This document shows positions 49,178 through 62,971 of a stretch of DNA of 64,000 bases, piece after piece. A model generated the notes under the pieces. It was not told the DNA's origin. It saw only the letters and a program-made list of their open reading frames with translations, and did not search any database. Made by a program: the position numbers and the translations under genes. Position 1 is the first letter of the stretch; every line of letters starts with the position of its first letter. This stretch comes from Anthoceros angustus (lineage: Eukaryota; Plantae; Anthocerotophyta), in contig MU008155.1 in assembly GCA_010909165.1 (NCBI GenBank), positions 62,001 to 126,000 on the forward strand, written 5' to 3'.

Positions 49178-50466
49178 CTGCAGTACCCGGCCGGTGTCGT
49201 TTGTCTGAGGACCGCGTGACCACATGGCGGAGTCTGGGAGTCTTCAAATCCTGTCACAGTGCAAAGCCTTCAGTCTAAATATTCACTAGCCAGTCATCAG
49301 AGCCTTCTCTACATTCCACGCTTTAAAACTGACAGCCTCAACCTCAAGACTAGGGCCTAGCAGGCTCTAGTACATACCGCGTGCACAGAGGAGTCACATG
49401 CGATCAATAACGAAATCAAGCGAATATGCGATCAATAGCGAAGTCAAGCGAAATGTCCAAGAAAGCTCAAGCACAATGCAGGAGAGGAGCTGCCTAGCTA
49501 GCTGGAAGCTACTTGTTAACAACAAGATTCCGATAGCTCCACAAGCTTTCGCTCACACACAAATGCCAAAGAACAGAGAAAAGCCAAAGAAACTTCTGCT
49601 GCCAGGCGGTGGTAGCAAGAACATGCAGACTCACAGTGCCAGCCGGCAGAGGAACAAGATCGTGAATGTCACGGAGGTCTTCCCGCTGCCTATTATACTG
49701 TAACACGGTCTGAAGCTCTCGTGATCTGGACGCTTCACTTCTCGCAAGGAAAGCTTCACCAAAAAAATAGCAAACGGATTACGAGGCTGAAATTTATCCT
49801 CAATGTATTTTTCCATGGTTCTCAAAGCCTTAAGCCCAAAATGACGAATCTACTCAAAACGAGTGTTTGATGATTTCTCTTCACACATTTATTTTTACCC
49901 GTATTTTGAACTTACCAACTTTAAGCATATGTTCCGGTGGCCTGGTTTTTTAATATCATATTTTAAAAAATAAAATAAAAATATCTCAACCTCCACCTCA
50001 AAGATTCCAATGGATGCCGTTAATCCATGCCAATTCATGCGCGGTTACCCATAATCGAGCGCTTTCCTGCCTCATTCCACCTTGGCCACTATGCATGAGG
50101 TCCGTGATTTTGTGTGCGTTCACATGGGTGCATATATGGAAAGTAGTTTTCATGCAACCATGGTTGGGGCCCTACAATGTTTTTGGCCTTTAAGAAAGTT
50201 CTCTGGCAATCAAACGTGACTTTTTGACTCCGTTTTTTTTTTCACCCGCCTAGAGGATAGTGCTTGGTGTCTATGGAATTCACACAGCATATCTTCATAG
50301 TAGTTAGGCAGTTCGTGGCCCTTCACACGGGCTAGCTATTCTAATGAGTGCGACAATGCAAGCTATAGTGGGTCCTAGCCATTCATACTCAATGGCATGC
50401 GGTATGGTGGCTCTGATATCAACTAGAACGGGGAGGTTTATTCCCTAAAAACACACTGTAGACACG

Positions 50467-50745
50467 TTTGTAGTTATGGTGTTTTCAGAAAAATATAAAA
50501 AATTAATATGCCCTTCAAAACATTATAATGAATATTTGAGGAGGAAAATCACAAGAAAAGCTTCTTGCCGTTCTAGGATTAACAGCTGTGTAATACAGGT
50601 GTGGATACATTTGTAGTTATGGTGTTTTCAGAAAAATACAAAAAATTAATATGCCCTTTAAAATATTACAATGAACATTTGAGTAGTAAAATCGCTGAAA
50701 AGCCCCTCGCCATTCTAAGGTTAACATATGTGTAATACAGGTGTG
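50467..50745 (+). repeat. Two-copy ~143-bp tandem repeat upstream of the GMC gene
   Basis: tttgtagttatggtgttttcagaaaaata...tgtgtaatacaggtgtg occurs twice; the copies differ mainly by substitutions. Confidence 0.88.
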
Positions 50746-51436
50746 AATTTGCTTGGGTTCCATTAGCACCTCACAATCACTGTACAAGTATCATGTATGA
50801 TGTGAGCTAGCTCCATTTTTTTAAAGTGAAACCGATTAGTGTCCAGCTTGTCCTAGGTGATTGCAAGGTGAAGATGATCTTAAATTAATCTAGTAAAAAA
50901 ATATTATGCTAGCTGTTCATTTTACTACTATCTCATTAATGTAGCACTCAATTTAAATTGTTCTTTTTGCTGCTATTTCATTAATATAACAGTCACTTTA
51001 GATTAATTAATATCCTAGTTTAAGTCATTTCTAGTTGAGCCGTTATGCTTGGCTCTAGAGTCGAGGCCTCAATGTGGTTTGAGCTTTCTTTCAATGAGTT
51101 GGGCGTGATCTGACAGCCCGGATCTAGAGTTTTTATCTGTGAGTGGCTTCTGCACAGGTGTGCGGAGGCGACTTTATAAAAGAGTCCTATTTTGAGGAAG
51201 GACACTGACCCGCTTCGACTTATAATCCTAAATTACAACTTGTATTGTTTGTGTGCTTCTTTGAGAATTTGAACCTATATCTTTGGAGGGTAGACCAATG
51301 CTCCATACGCATTAGAGCTCTCGCAGGCTAGTCGGCATAATCAACAGTGTAGTGTGTAGCGTTCTTAGCACATATAGTCATGTAAAGTTGTTGTATTACC
51401 TTCTCTGCTAAAGATAGGGATGGAGATGGAGTTCAA

Positions 51437-53653
51437 TGTTGGACATTTTGTTGGAGCTCTCACTAACTTGTTTCATTGACATAGAAACCATTATTGCTCT
51501 CAGGAATAACCCTATTGACCCGAGGAGGATTAACCCTTCGTATTTCAAGCTTCCATGGGCGACAGGGGAAATAGGTCACCCTACATCCTGAGGAGTTGTA
51601 GAGGGCAAGGGGGAGATTCAAGCTCACAAGGTCGGGGAGGAGTTGCAAATCGGTCAGCCTGTATCCCCAGTTTCGAGTCCAGGGCGAAGAAGCCAGCAGC
51701 TGACCTCGGCATTTCTAGGGTCCGGAGGTCACAAGTCACGGGCACTCACGAACTGGAGTGGTACCTCTGAGATAAGCGATGGTGTGGAGGGGCCAGCCAC
51801 AAGCGGTAGTAGCTACGGATCCATGACAAGGCATCACCACTCCGTGAGATCTGGATTGTATGGTTTGGATCTCAGGTATTTCAGATTAGGAGCACACAAT
51901 CACATGATCTTGGCAGTAGCCGGTGACACGGATATAAGCCGGGGTCTCGCATCTAGCGTCTGGGGCCAGATGGTAAGCGGCGGTCAAGCGACCGGGGAGT
52001 TCCTGAGGCATAAGCGTGGTAGTTAAATCAGAATTGATACGATTTATTTAGAAGCTCTATAAGGAGTGGTGCAACATATAACATATTAGAGTTATGAGAA
52101 TAAGTCCTAGAAGTATATAGGACAATCCCAGGAGCGAGATAGGGTTTCATACTATTGAGAGTATGACAAGGCCAAAGGTTATATATGTATGCATAGCACA
52201 CCATTTTTAACGTACTGAACTTGGAACTTAGTATTTTCTAACATGGTATCAGAGTATGGTTCAGGAGATGCGTAAAGTACTCTGCACCACCTTGTATGGG
52301 ACTGTTGCCACTTGTCTTCTATTGCATTGTTTGTAGTTATGCAGACTAAGTGTCTATGAAAGCTTGTTTGCAATTTCGTGAAGCTTGGTAGTAGTTTTGG
52401 CACGAGGAACTTTTGTCTTGTCTTTAAAGGCATGGCTTCCAGAGGCATGCATATGGAGACTACCCGTCAAGCGGAGAAGTTTGATGGCAGGAACTTCACA
52501 CTATGGAAGTTGAAGCTAAAATCTCTTCTCATTGACAAAGGATTGTGGAAGTTTGTGGAAAATGGACTTCCAGATGGCGCTTTTGAAAAGGATATATACA
52601 AGGATGCGAAAGCCTTGGCTAATATTATCCTGAATGTGTCAGATGACTTTCTCTCACAATTGAGCGAGTGTGTCTCTTCGTAGGAAAATTCTTCGTACAA
52701 CATACGAGAAGAAGAGCATTGTGAGCGAAATGCTGCTGGAAAGTCAATTCTCCAACTTCAAGATGGCCGAGGGCGACACCATTCAACAACACATCAACAA
52801 GTTGAAAAACTTGGTTGATCAAATGAGGGAGGCAGGGATCAAACCTTCAGAGGGCAAGGTGATCATTGTGCTACTGAGCGGTTTGCCACCATCGTGTAGG
52901 CAATCCGTAGCGATGCGTCCAAGTGATAATCAACCAACCTTTGATGAGATGGTTAGATTACTCCTACAAGAGGAGCTTGATGGTTCTTTCCAGAGACAAG
53001 GCAACGAAGGCTCGGCACTCTTCTCCAAGAAGGGCACATCACGGTGGGAGACCTTGCAAGCCAAGTCTATAGAAGGGACAAAGGATACAGATACAAAGAG
53101 AAAGGTGAAAGGCTTTTGTTATTACTGCAGGAAGCCCAATCACCACGAAAGGTATCAAAATAAGATTGGACTTGAAGAAGGGGAAATCATCCCAAGCTAA
53201 TCAAGTCAGCGAGAAGGACTAAGAACACATCTTTGCGTGCTTCACCGAAAGAGATCAAGTGACTTCATCAAAGAAGGATGAGAGTTTGTACCTTGACTCC
53301 GGTGTATCCCAGCAAAGGAGTGGGAGCTCCAACCCTGTGGTTATCATGAAGGATCCGAGGGCGTATGTTGAAAACCCTGATGAGGATTCTGAGTGTGATG
53401 ACACTCTTGAGCAACCTGCTCCTAAGCCCAACGAACCTTGTCAACAACCCGACATAGAGGGGGGAGAGAGGGAAATTCCCGATGTTGCAGTTGGAGAAGT
53501 AGATGAAGATCAAAGAATTGTCGCAGTTGAAGAAAAAGAGGAAGATCGAAATATTTGAGAGAGACAACCAATCTTAAGAAGATCAACGACACGATGGGAA
53601 CCTTCATGAAAGATCTTGGAATCCATGAATGCATCTGTGTATGAGGAGGCATG
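51437..53653 (+). mobile_element. Ty1/copia H: 5' LTR (start uncertain, ends 52243), PBS, gag, PR; integrase core deleted
   Basis: ...tctaaCA followed by TGGTATCAGAG (52244-52254). EKFDGRNFTLWKLKLKSLLIDKGLW, LLSGLPPS, CYYCRKPNHH, LYLDSGVSQ. The sequence then jumps to the acidic linker and YEEA. Confidence 0.85.
52433..53320 (+). pseudogene. gag: copia H gag-protease
   Basis: ORFs 52378-52683, 52670-53200 and 53259-53558. Confidence 0.85.
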
Positions 53654-53947
53654 TGTGGAGTGAAAAAGTTTGGTCATTTAGGTAGGATGTAGGAAAGTCG
53701 CATAGGTAGGAGGTTGCGGACCAACATAACAGGATCGCAACTCGAATCGGTGTAGATAGTTGGTAGGATGTCGCTAGGTCGGTAGTAGGAATGGGACTTA
53801 GAACTTTTCGGCAAGGTACTAACCCTTGAAACTCGTAGACTAATCATGGTACTTAGTTTTATAGCCAAAGAGTCCTTGGTCTTTGGTAGGTTGTGGTAGG
53901 AAAAATGCCTTGATCTTCGGAGGATGGGGTAGGTGATCCTTGGCCTT
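53654..53947 (+). repeat. Start of a B-family-type LTR inserted in copia H, truncated by the N at 53948
   Basis: Begins TGTGGAGTGA like the B LTR. Confidence 0.55.
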
Positions 53948-53948
53948 N

Positions 53949-54685
53949 CTGGTAGAGAGGAAGTCGTGGTCGGAGTGCTTGGTGGAGGACTTGCTCCGCA
54001 AGTGCCTAAACGAGTTGCTCCCCTTGTGAATGGTTGCTTTGAAATTGCTTTGCTTTGGGTGTGTGGCAATGCCCGAGAACTCGGCTTGAGGGTAGACTAG
54101 GAAAGACTCCTGGAGGTTCTCTGTGTCAAACTCACATAGCAAGGAAGAACTTCTGGTGGAGGCCGACCCAGGTTGTGCCGTAAGGTCAAAGCGATGGCCA
54201 CGAGGTTAGAATAGGAGGAAGAGGATGAGAAGATGAGAAGATGAGAAGATGAGTAGAGGATTAGAGGTGTAGGTGTTAGTGGAAGGCCACAGGCAGAGCC
54301 TAAGGGACGAATCCCAAATCTGCAAGTAAAAGAGCGCTCCCTGAGTGGAGAAGAGTGGTCTTAGAAGTAGGGACGAAATCGCGGTGTGGATCAGGGGGTC
54401 CCTGGGCGCCCGTGATAGGCTCCTCGGCGGGGCTGCGTTTTGTGTCGTTGTAGGTCGAGGATTGGCGATTTTCCGGAGCGGTGCAAGTGGTGCAGTACCA
54501 GGGAGAGAGTAGGCGCCTTGCTCGTTGAGAAGGCTGAGAATTTGTGTCTCTGCAGGTAGCGATCGGTGATCACAAGGCCTCGAACTTTCACACAAGTCTC
54601 ATGGGACGAAACCCAGCGTCTGAGCGGCAGGTGGGATAAGTGTGGCGCTATAGTGGGAGGACCTCGGGTGCCGGGTTTTCCCACA
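53949..54685 (+). repeat. 3' part of an A-family LTR
   Basis: Highly similar to 15065-15916; ends ttttcccaCA. Confidence 0.88.
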
Positions 54686-54706
54686 ACGGAGAAGGCCCCT
54701 GTCCGG

Positions 54707-57700
54707 TGTGGGAGGCAGATCCGGGGCTTGAGATTCACCTCTAGTGGCCACACTTATCCCCGTCGTTTTGTCACGTTGGGTTTCGTCCCATGAGACTTGG
54801 GAGTCGGATCTTGGTCGCTACACGGCTACACACTACCTCGGCCTTCTAAACAAGCAAGGCGCCCTCTCACGCTCCTCTCGCTACACCTTTGCCTTGCTTG
54901 GATTCCGCCTCTACCGACACCCTCATTTGGGTCCACACCCCTGGGATGTCGGCGGGCTACACGTGGGACCCCCTCGTTGCAAGCGACTTCACCACCGTGA
55001 TCTTCCACTATTCCTTTCCCGCCTTCCCACAATTGGCACGCCTCAGCCACCAGCTCACGGCGGCGGCCGCGCTCCCGCCTTGCTCGGTGAATCCGCCTCG
55101 GGACCTACCAACAACAAACAATTGTAGGGCCTACCCTCCACCTTGGAGAGTTGTAGGAGATCCTGCCTTTGGTGGGCCGGCACACCCTCATTCCACGTGG
55201 GAGACACCCTATCCCAGGCGCATCCTACCACGCCGGTGAGTCACTGGCGGCGTATTACCTCGCCCTAGTTCAGGCCTCTCCAACTTCCGCCACAGGCGCT
55301 CCAACTACAACTGGCCCACAAAACTCCACCAGCGGCACGACACCTCCGCCTTTGCTCCGTCGGATCTCGCTCCTGGACCTACAACGACATCCTACGTAGG
55401 TCCCTCTGACGGTAGGTCCGTCTCGCGCGTGGACCCCCTACAGTAGCGCGACTTCTCCACCCGTGATTTTGAGACCTTAGCCCGGCTTCCGGTCTCGGTT
55501 TGGTGCGTTGGGACCCTCCCTTAGGCTCGACTTGGGCCTTCTTCTTACTCTAATCTCTACCTACTCCTCTACTCAACATTCAGCTCCACATTCTCCTCAA
55601 CACTCACCTCAACTCAACTCCTCATCCTCCTAATCTAACCTTACTTCAAGCTCCAGCTAGCTCGCCCTTACAGCTGGCGCACAGGGTGCCCTACAAGCCA
55701 ACAAGTTCTTCCTTGGGCGGTTGCTATGAGTTTGCACAGACGGCGAGAACCTCCGAGTCTTTCCTGTAGTCTACCCTCAAGCCGAGTTCCTTGGGCATCG
55801 CCACACACCCAAAGCAAAGCAATTTCAGCAACCATTCACAAGGAGCAACTGCGGGCGCCCGCAAGGAGCAGCCCTCCGCACTCCGACCACAAAACTCCTC
55901 TCTACCCGGACTTGCGTTAGCTTGGCACGAAATTCCTTCACAAGGAGCAAAGGACTCGCGAGTTTGGGGCGCAAGCGATAATTTTACTTCACAAGCTCCC
56001 TCCTTTTATAGGGAGGTCCTCATCTGACCTCCCTCACAGCCTTGCCTCACTCCTTATTCTAGTGTATGTGACTTTAAGTTCGACATCCAAGCATCTTGGG
56101 TAAAATTCTATTCTAGCAAACTTCACCTATGTGAGCCTTAATGGCTCTGTCAACATTCCTATCTAGCTAGTCAACACACCCTCTTTGGGTTGACAAGCAT
56201 TAATATCCTCCTCTAAAGAAAAGTCTCCCCAAGCAATGAGCCACACTCCAAGCTACCACCAACCCCTTCAATTACCTCTAGATGCGTCGCAGGTGATCCT
56301 ACGGATGTAGGGCCACCCTCTACACCTCGGACGTGGGTCACTTCTTATGGCCCTACCGCCTCCGCTCTCCACAAGAAGGTCTCCCGTGGCGGATCTTGCT
56401 CCATGCCTTCCTCTTCCTCCTCCAAGTCATCCTCGGCCTTCCATATACATCGGATGTGTTGGGCTGTCCGGCAAACCTGCCGTCCTAGCCTCCACATGCG
56501 CAATTAAATTCAACATTCCTCTTCCCGGCTCCCTAGCAACCAACTTGCCCTTCTTAGGTGCGGCGCTTTCACCATCTTGCACCTTCAAAATAAGCACACA
56601 AACAAGACAAGCTTGGGCATGCACTCGTTTCCACCTAGTTGTCACCTCGGTGTCTACACACAATTCGAGATTTCTTCACTTGCCACAAAATCCAGGAAAC
56701 CAACTTTTCAACTTCCTCTTCACTCCACGGTCCCACCTAGCTCAAACTTGATGTCCTCACAACATACACCTCTTATGCTTCAAATCCCTTCACACAAAAG
56801 GTCCTCCTTCTCCTTGCACACACACACGGGCACAGCGTTCCACAAGTCCTTGCTCTAGCTTTCCTTGCATGCACAAGCTCTTAGTGCAATTCCTCGCGAG
56901 CTTCCTAGGTGCCACTCCTACACACTTGCATGGCCACACCTACTACCTACACATATTTATATTTATTATTACTTCCTAGGTTTGTACCCCCTGCCTAATA
57001 TGGAAATTTGCTTGTATCCAAGTAGGTGTCGCCCCATCCTTGCGTGGGAGACCTCACCACTCCCTACGGTGAGGAGACACTCTCATCCTACCTGCCTACC
57101 TAACTACCTGTGAGGAGCCCTGCCTACATCCTATGTGGCCACCTCACCTACCACCGCATCTCTTGTCCCCTACTTGTTCCCTACCTCGGTAGGGGGGTGC
57201 GTGACCGCCGTCCTACCCACATACCCTACTTATGGTGCACCTCCCCTACCCACATACATACATGTAGGGACCCCCGCCCTATGTGGGTCACCCTTGTACC
57301 CTCGTGCACACCCTACACCTTGCCCTCGTCCCTACCCTACACCTCCTCCCGTGGGGTGCACCTCACCCACCTCCCATTGGCTCATGTGACTTCCTAACAC
57401 CTCACACAAAAGGCACCCCATCTCGGTCTTGATCCACCCCTAGGACGCTTGGAGTTCTTACATTCCATTGTCACCACCAATTGGCTGCACAACTGAATAA
57501 ATGGATTTATTCCCGGTGAACTCCTCACCTCAACATCTCGTATCAACCCTCCTTGCTACCCATTTCTCCGCCACCGGCCTCCCTTCACTTTGACTTGCAG
57601 CCCCAGCAAATTCCGCCCGTCATGATGCACACCCGTTGTGATCCCTTCACCATGTTGCAGCAACTGCCTTCCTATGGTTTGGCCACACCTCCATCTTGCA

Positions 57701-60700
57701 GCCCGGCTACAAATTCAGCTGCCGTGAGTGCTCTACCAGCCTTTCCTAGTTCAACACCGGCCATCCTCACATCGTGACTCCATTGAGCACTTCCATGTGC
57801 CTCGGCGCCATGGCCTCCTCTTGCAACCCTTGTGGCTGCTCACCTCAACATGAGCTCCTCGCTCCCATCCTTGCACCAATTGCTCCTCTCTCGCATCTTG
57901 AGCTCCCAACCTAGAGCCACCGGATCACCTGAATTCCACCATTACGGGCACTTGGCCCATCTTCCTGCAACCCTTGCACACATCTCTACCTAGCAGTCCT
58001 CCTTCTTGCAAAATCTCAGCAATATGAGCACGCCCATGTCTCACTTCTTCCACATGTGGCAAATTACTTTGCCTTCCCTCAAACTTGGTGGTGGTCCCCA
58101 ATAATCGGGCCTTTGCCTCTGCAAGCCTATCACAGCTACTTGTGCGGCAACCTCAAGCTACTTCCTTGGCTTAATTGCCTTCACCCTTTTCCTACCGTGG
58201 TAGGAGCTACTCCTGTGGTGGGTCATCAAAAGCTAGCTGGGCCTTACCTACGGTGGTGGGACATTCTCCTACCCATACCTCGGGTAGGAGTTCTCTCCAC
58301 CAGCCTACCGTGGTAGGAGTTTCTCCTGGTGGTAGGATACCTCCTACCAGTAGGACATCTCCTAGTTCACATATGTCTCCTACCCTCCTCACTAGAAGGT
58401 CATTTTCCGTTTCTTTTCCCTAAGTATCCTCTGCCTTCCCGGACATCCTACACTCCGGCTTCAATCGAACAAAAACATTTCTCGCATGTTTCCACCAAAC
58501 CATTTCTATCAAAATTGGACTGTTCAAAACAACTCACTTAAACCCGATTGCCCAAACTTTTGCGTTCCACATACTCCCCTCCTCACTGTTTGCGTCCTGC
58601 AAACAGAATCTCTCGGGTGAAGGTACTTCTTAACCTTCCACCCATTCACTCTAGTTGGCAGCAAATCCCCATCCGGCACTCGTGTTGCGGATCCATTCTC
58701 ATATGCCACCACCTCGTAGGTCCCATCCATCTCAACCTAAGCTTCCACAGGAATCCATGCGACTATCATATAGAAGAACCAAATCCCCGGCCATGATAGC
58801 CTCTTGCTTCCTCAACTTCCCATCATGCCTATCCTTTCTAAGCTCCTGATTGAGTTTCTTCTAAAGCCTCTTCCCTCGTTCCTCATGCTCTATGAAGACT
58901 CTAGTCTAACTTCACTCTCCTCTGCGTTATCATCCTCCATGATTCTATAGGTAGGTACCTCAAATTCAATGGGCATCATTCGTTAAATAATATGGAGTCT
59001 TCTTGGTAGTCACTTTCTCCGCTAAGCCCACAATGCACATCTAAGATCACCATGATTTACCTTTGAATAATGGCCTCCAACCTCTTACGCATGCAAAGCT
59101 TCTTTGAAGAGAAGCTTCCTTCCTTCAAACAACGTCGGATCTTCTCATCCAAACCAAGCTTGTATAAGACCCCATCTCTTAGACAATAAGGCACTGCTCT
59201 AGGGAGAAAGCACGCCCTTCCCTAGACAAACTATCCGGCATGATTCCGTGCTCCAAGAAATTTCATACCTCACCATTCAATAACGTGGACATGGGTCCTT
59301 CACGTTCTAACCTCCTCTTCCCATGCACTTTTGCCACTTCCTACCTCGCACGGACACGGGCGTAGCGCGGCCCCATGTACATTATGACCGTGGATGCTTG
59401 CTCCTTGCATCGGCGGTGCGGTATCCACGCTGCGTCGTCAACTTGCTCTTCTTGCAGGTGGTCACCCGCATAACCTTAGGCTCGGCCCGAGCTAGCGCTC
59501 CTCGACAATACTCTCGACATGCACCTCCACAAAAGTGGCTTCCTTGGCCGCCCATGAATTCGCCAATTCCTTTTCTGCGGTTTTCACCTGCTCCCTTGGA
59601 TCGGTTTCTTCACGCTCCTTTCCATGCACACCATCCTCGAGCCGTCCCTACTCGAGGCTCCATCATCGCTCTTCCCACACGCCATGTGTGGGAGTCCCTC
59701 CACGATTTCTCCGTTTCTCTTCTCCCTTTGCCAACCGTGGCCTCCACTTGCAGCCCTCTTGGCTCACCCTTTCTCCTCGCTCGAATCCCCAATTCATTAG
59801 GTTGCGGCATCTCTGCACAAAACTCCCTTCACGGATCCTTGGCTTTCTAGCGGCATCAAGACTTGCTCTTGACCTCTAGGCCAGCCACGCCTTGCTTGTT
59901 TCCATCTAGCTTGTTCACCGGTGGATGTTGGTCTTTGTGGCCACAACCCGCCTTCAACTCGGCTCACAAAACTAGCTTCTCCACACGTCGATCTGCGGGC
60001 ATCCACTGCGGTCGTGGACATGCATCATCGCTGGTACACCATCTCCCGACCTTCTAGACTCATGTCTAGCCCTAGATCGCTCTAGCAGCGATCTCCTTAC
60101 GTTCTGCGTTTCCACGGCAATTTTCAATCGACCGTGAATTGGTCGGCGCTCCTTCTTGCAATTCCACGCAAGCATATCTTGAGGTGTGATTTCTCCACAA
60201 TCCTCCTTCATACACATCACCATAGAGCCATCCTCGCTCCACGGGCTCTAGCGCACAACTCCTCGGCACACCATTTTTGTGTGCCACTTCTCCTTCCTCC
60301 AAATTCGATTTCTTAATTTCTCCATCATCCTTGCCACCATCGTGGCCTCTTGCTAGCTCGCTACCAGCAGACCCAGGCGTGTTGCCGGCGGCATGCTCAA
60401 CCTCATTCACAAAACCGTTCCTCCTCCTTTGCCAATCGCAAGTTTTCGGCTTGCGTTGTTCCTCACCCAAGTTCCGATTTCCTCCCTTCTTGTTGGCCTA
60501 GCCTCATGTCCAGGTCAGATCGCGCTCCCATGGCGACCTCCTCGCCTTGCTGCACCTCCATGGTCGAATTTTGGTGATTGCCCGGATCGCCAACTCTCCC
60601 TTCTGCGGTTTACGCTCAAACTTTTCATGAGCGCATCTCCTCCTTCGCCCTCTGGCGTGTCCACCTCCCTAGGGCCTTCTCCTCCTGCGGCCTCATGGCG

Positions 60701-62971
60701 CCTGGCCCGACCTCGCCAAGTGGGCGCCTTCCTGTTCGCAGTGCTCCGTGTGCTTTTTCTTTGCCATCGTGATGGCCTCCACTTGCAGCCCTCCACTGCT
60801 CACCCTTGAGGATCATTTCAGCCTCCTCCTCGCCCCATGCTGGCGCCTCTTATCCTCTCGGTTCCAGTTGTCCTGCTTTTACTCTTTCACAATTCTCCCT
60901 TCTTGCTCATTTGGCCTCTCTGGCAACAAGTCTTGCTGATCAATCCTTAGGCCGTCTACAACATGCTCACGTCCTCCCTTCACCCGGGCTTTGGCAACCA
61001 ACTCCTCGTCGGAAATCGGTCATCAGCCTCCAAGCGTTTCCAGTTTTCGATCGAAAATAAGACCTTCATTCACATGTTGCTCCCCGCCTTCTTCAACTCT
61101 ACCATCTCCTCTACACCTAGGTACTTAGAAATCCTTGCTACCTTAGGACTCTAGCTCTCGTCTTCTATAGCATCATACATTCCCTCGAACTTCGAACTTT
61201 TATCGGAAAAGGTCACTCCTTCAGCGGACGTGGTGGTACTCTCTTGAAGTAACCATAAATCCCTCTACATAATCATACAAAGACTCCCCCTCTTCCTTCG
61301 CGAGTTCTCAACCGGACCAACATGTGATCTCGCTTCTCCCCAAATCTCACCTCTGTGGGGTGACCGACTCCCACCACCTGCTTCCTCCTATCATGGTCAA
61401 GGGCGTCCACAAACGGGCACACCTCCCAACGAATTCACACCGGCGAAACAAATGCTGCCTGGGATGTACTATACAGACTTGGGCACACAAGCGCCTCTCC
61501 TCCTAACAAGCAAGGTTGAAAGGGCAGCAAGTTGGGCAATAATTCGATCAAGACCTTGCGAAATATCAGCGTTAGATTCATACCCCAACTCTCCGCCAAA
61601 TCTCACCCTCTTGCCTTCCTCCTCAACGACGACAAAATCGAGCTAGAAGAGCTCGACAATCCGAAAAAGTCCTCCTCTGCAGCCAAGATGTACCTTGAAA
61701 TTACTAACTCCGGTCACCTCACCCTTGATCACAACTCCCACAACCTCCCTTCGCTGTCCGTGAGTGACCCTCCCCCTCTAAACAATCTTGCCTTCTGGAA
61801 CCCTTGAAAATGTTAGCATCCCACCCATGTAGGGACAAGGGTGACCCTACATACTACATCCCACATGTATGTATTCAATTGTCCCTGTACATAGTGGGTA
61901 GGGACGTGTCCCCACGCACCGCCCCTACATACATTAATTGTACCTATGTAGGGTGACCCTCCATACATGTTAAGAGTGGCACTCCCTCATGACTCGACCT
62001 GAGGGCGCCTCACCTCCTCCCACGGAGACCTCCTCCCTACGGTAGGGGAGTGCCTATGCCTACCTTCCACCGCCACCCTACACCTCCTCCGTGAGGGTGC
62101 ACCACTCAAACACTTCCCAATTAGCTCATGTGACTTCCGCAAATATAACACCTCACACAAAGGCACCCCATCTCGTGATCCACCCCTACGCATCTAGCAC
62201 CTCTAGCTCGCATATGGCTTTAGCCACACAATCACCAGTTCTTACACTTCACTCATCCAACACAAAATTGGCTGCACAACACTGAAATAAATTTATTCCC
62301 TTGAACTCCTCACCAACTCCATCTCGTATCAACCCTCCTTGCTCCACTCTCCTCGGCCACCACAACGGCCTCCTTCACTTTGACTTGCAGCCCCACCGCA
62401 AATTCCGCCTGGCCATGATGCACACCCGTGTGATCCTTCACCATGTTGCAGCCCACCGCAACACCGCCTTCCTATGGTTTGGCCACACCTCCATCTTGCA
62501 GCCCAGCTACAAATTCAGCTTCTTGGTAGTGCTCTACCACGGCCTTCCTAGTTCAACACGGCCTCACATCGTGACTCCATTGAGCACTTCCATGTGCCTC
62601 GGCGCCATAGCCTCCTCTTGCAACCCTTGTGGCTGCTCACCTCAACATGAGCTCCTCGCTCCCATCCTTGCACCGATTCTCCTCTCTCATCTTTGAGCTC
62701 CCAACCTAGAGCCACCGCGGATCTGCACAATTCCACCATTACGGGCACTTGACCCATCTTCCTACTGCAACCCTTGCCACACATCTCTACCTAGCGTCCT
62801 CCTTCTTGCCAAAATCTCAACAATATGAGCTTTGCCCATGTCTCACTTCTTCCACACATGTGGCAAATTACTTTGCCTTCCCCTCAAACCTGGTGGTGGT
62901 CCCCAATAATCAGGCCTTTGCCTCTGCAAGCCTATCAACAGCTACTTGTGCAGCAACCTCAAGCTACTTCC
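54707..62971 (-). mobile_element. Athila-like element J (relative of A), internally deleted, with 3' LTR at ~54707-56176
   Basis: LTR homologous to the A LTR in inverted orientation. INT C-terminus VNGWKVKKY (58524-58730) and RH-INT linker homology. Only stubs of gag (~61350-61800) and the RT N-terminus (~61090-61160) remain. Confidence 0.8.
57390..58165 (+). repeat. ~800-bp direct repeat, second copy at ~62125-62971
   Basis: catgtgacttcc...aacacctcacacaaa(a)ggcacccca...caacctcaagctacttcc at both sites. Confidence 0.88.

Noticed and set aside
49398-49825. Small ORFs upstream of the GMC start
   Set aside because: No recognisable domain. More likely 5' UTR, intron or promoter of the GMC gene.
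50409-50421. ggctctgatatca, a degenerate minus-strand PBS-like motif
   Set aside because: It has one mismatch, with no clear adjacent LTR end or gag. At most a relic.
50840-51436. Possible solo LTR upstream of copia H
   Set aside because: No clear TG..CA termini or TSD, and no second copy in the window.
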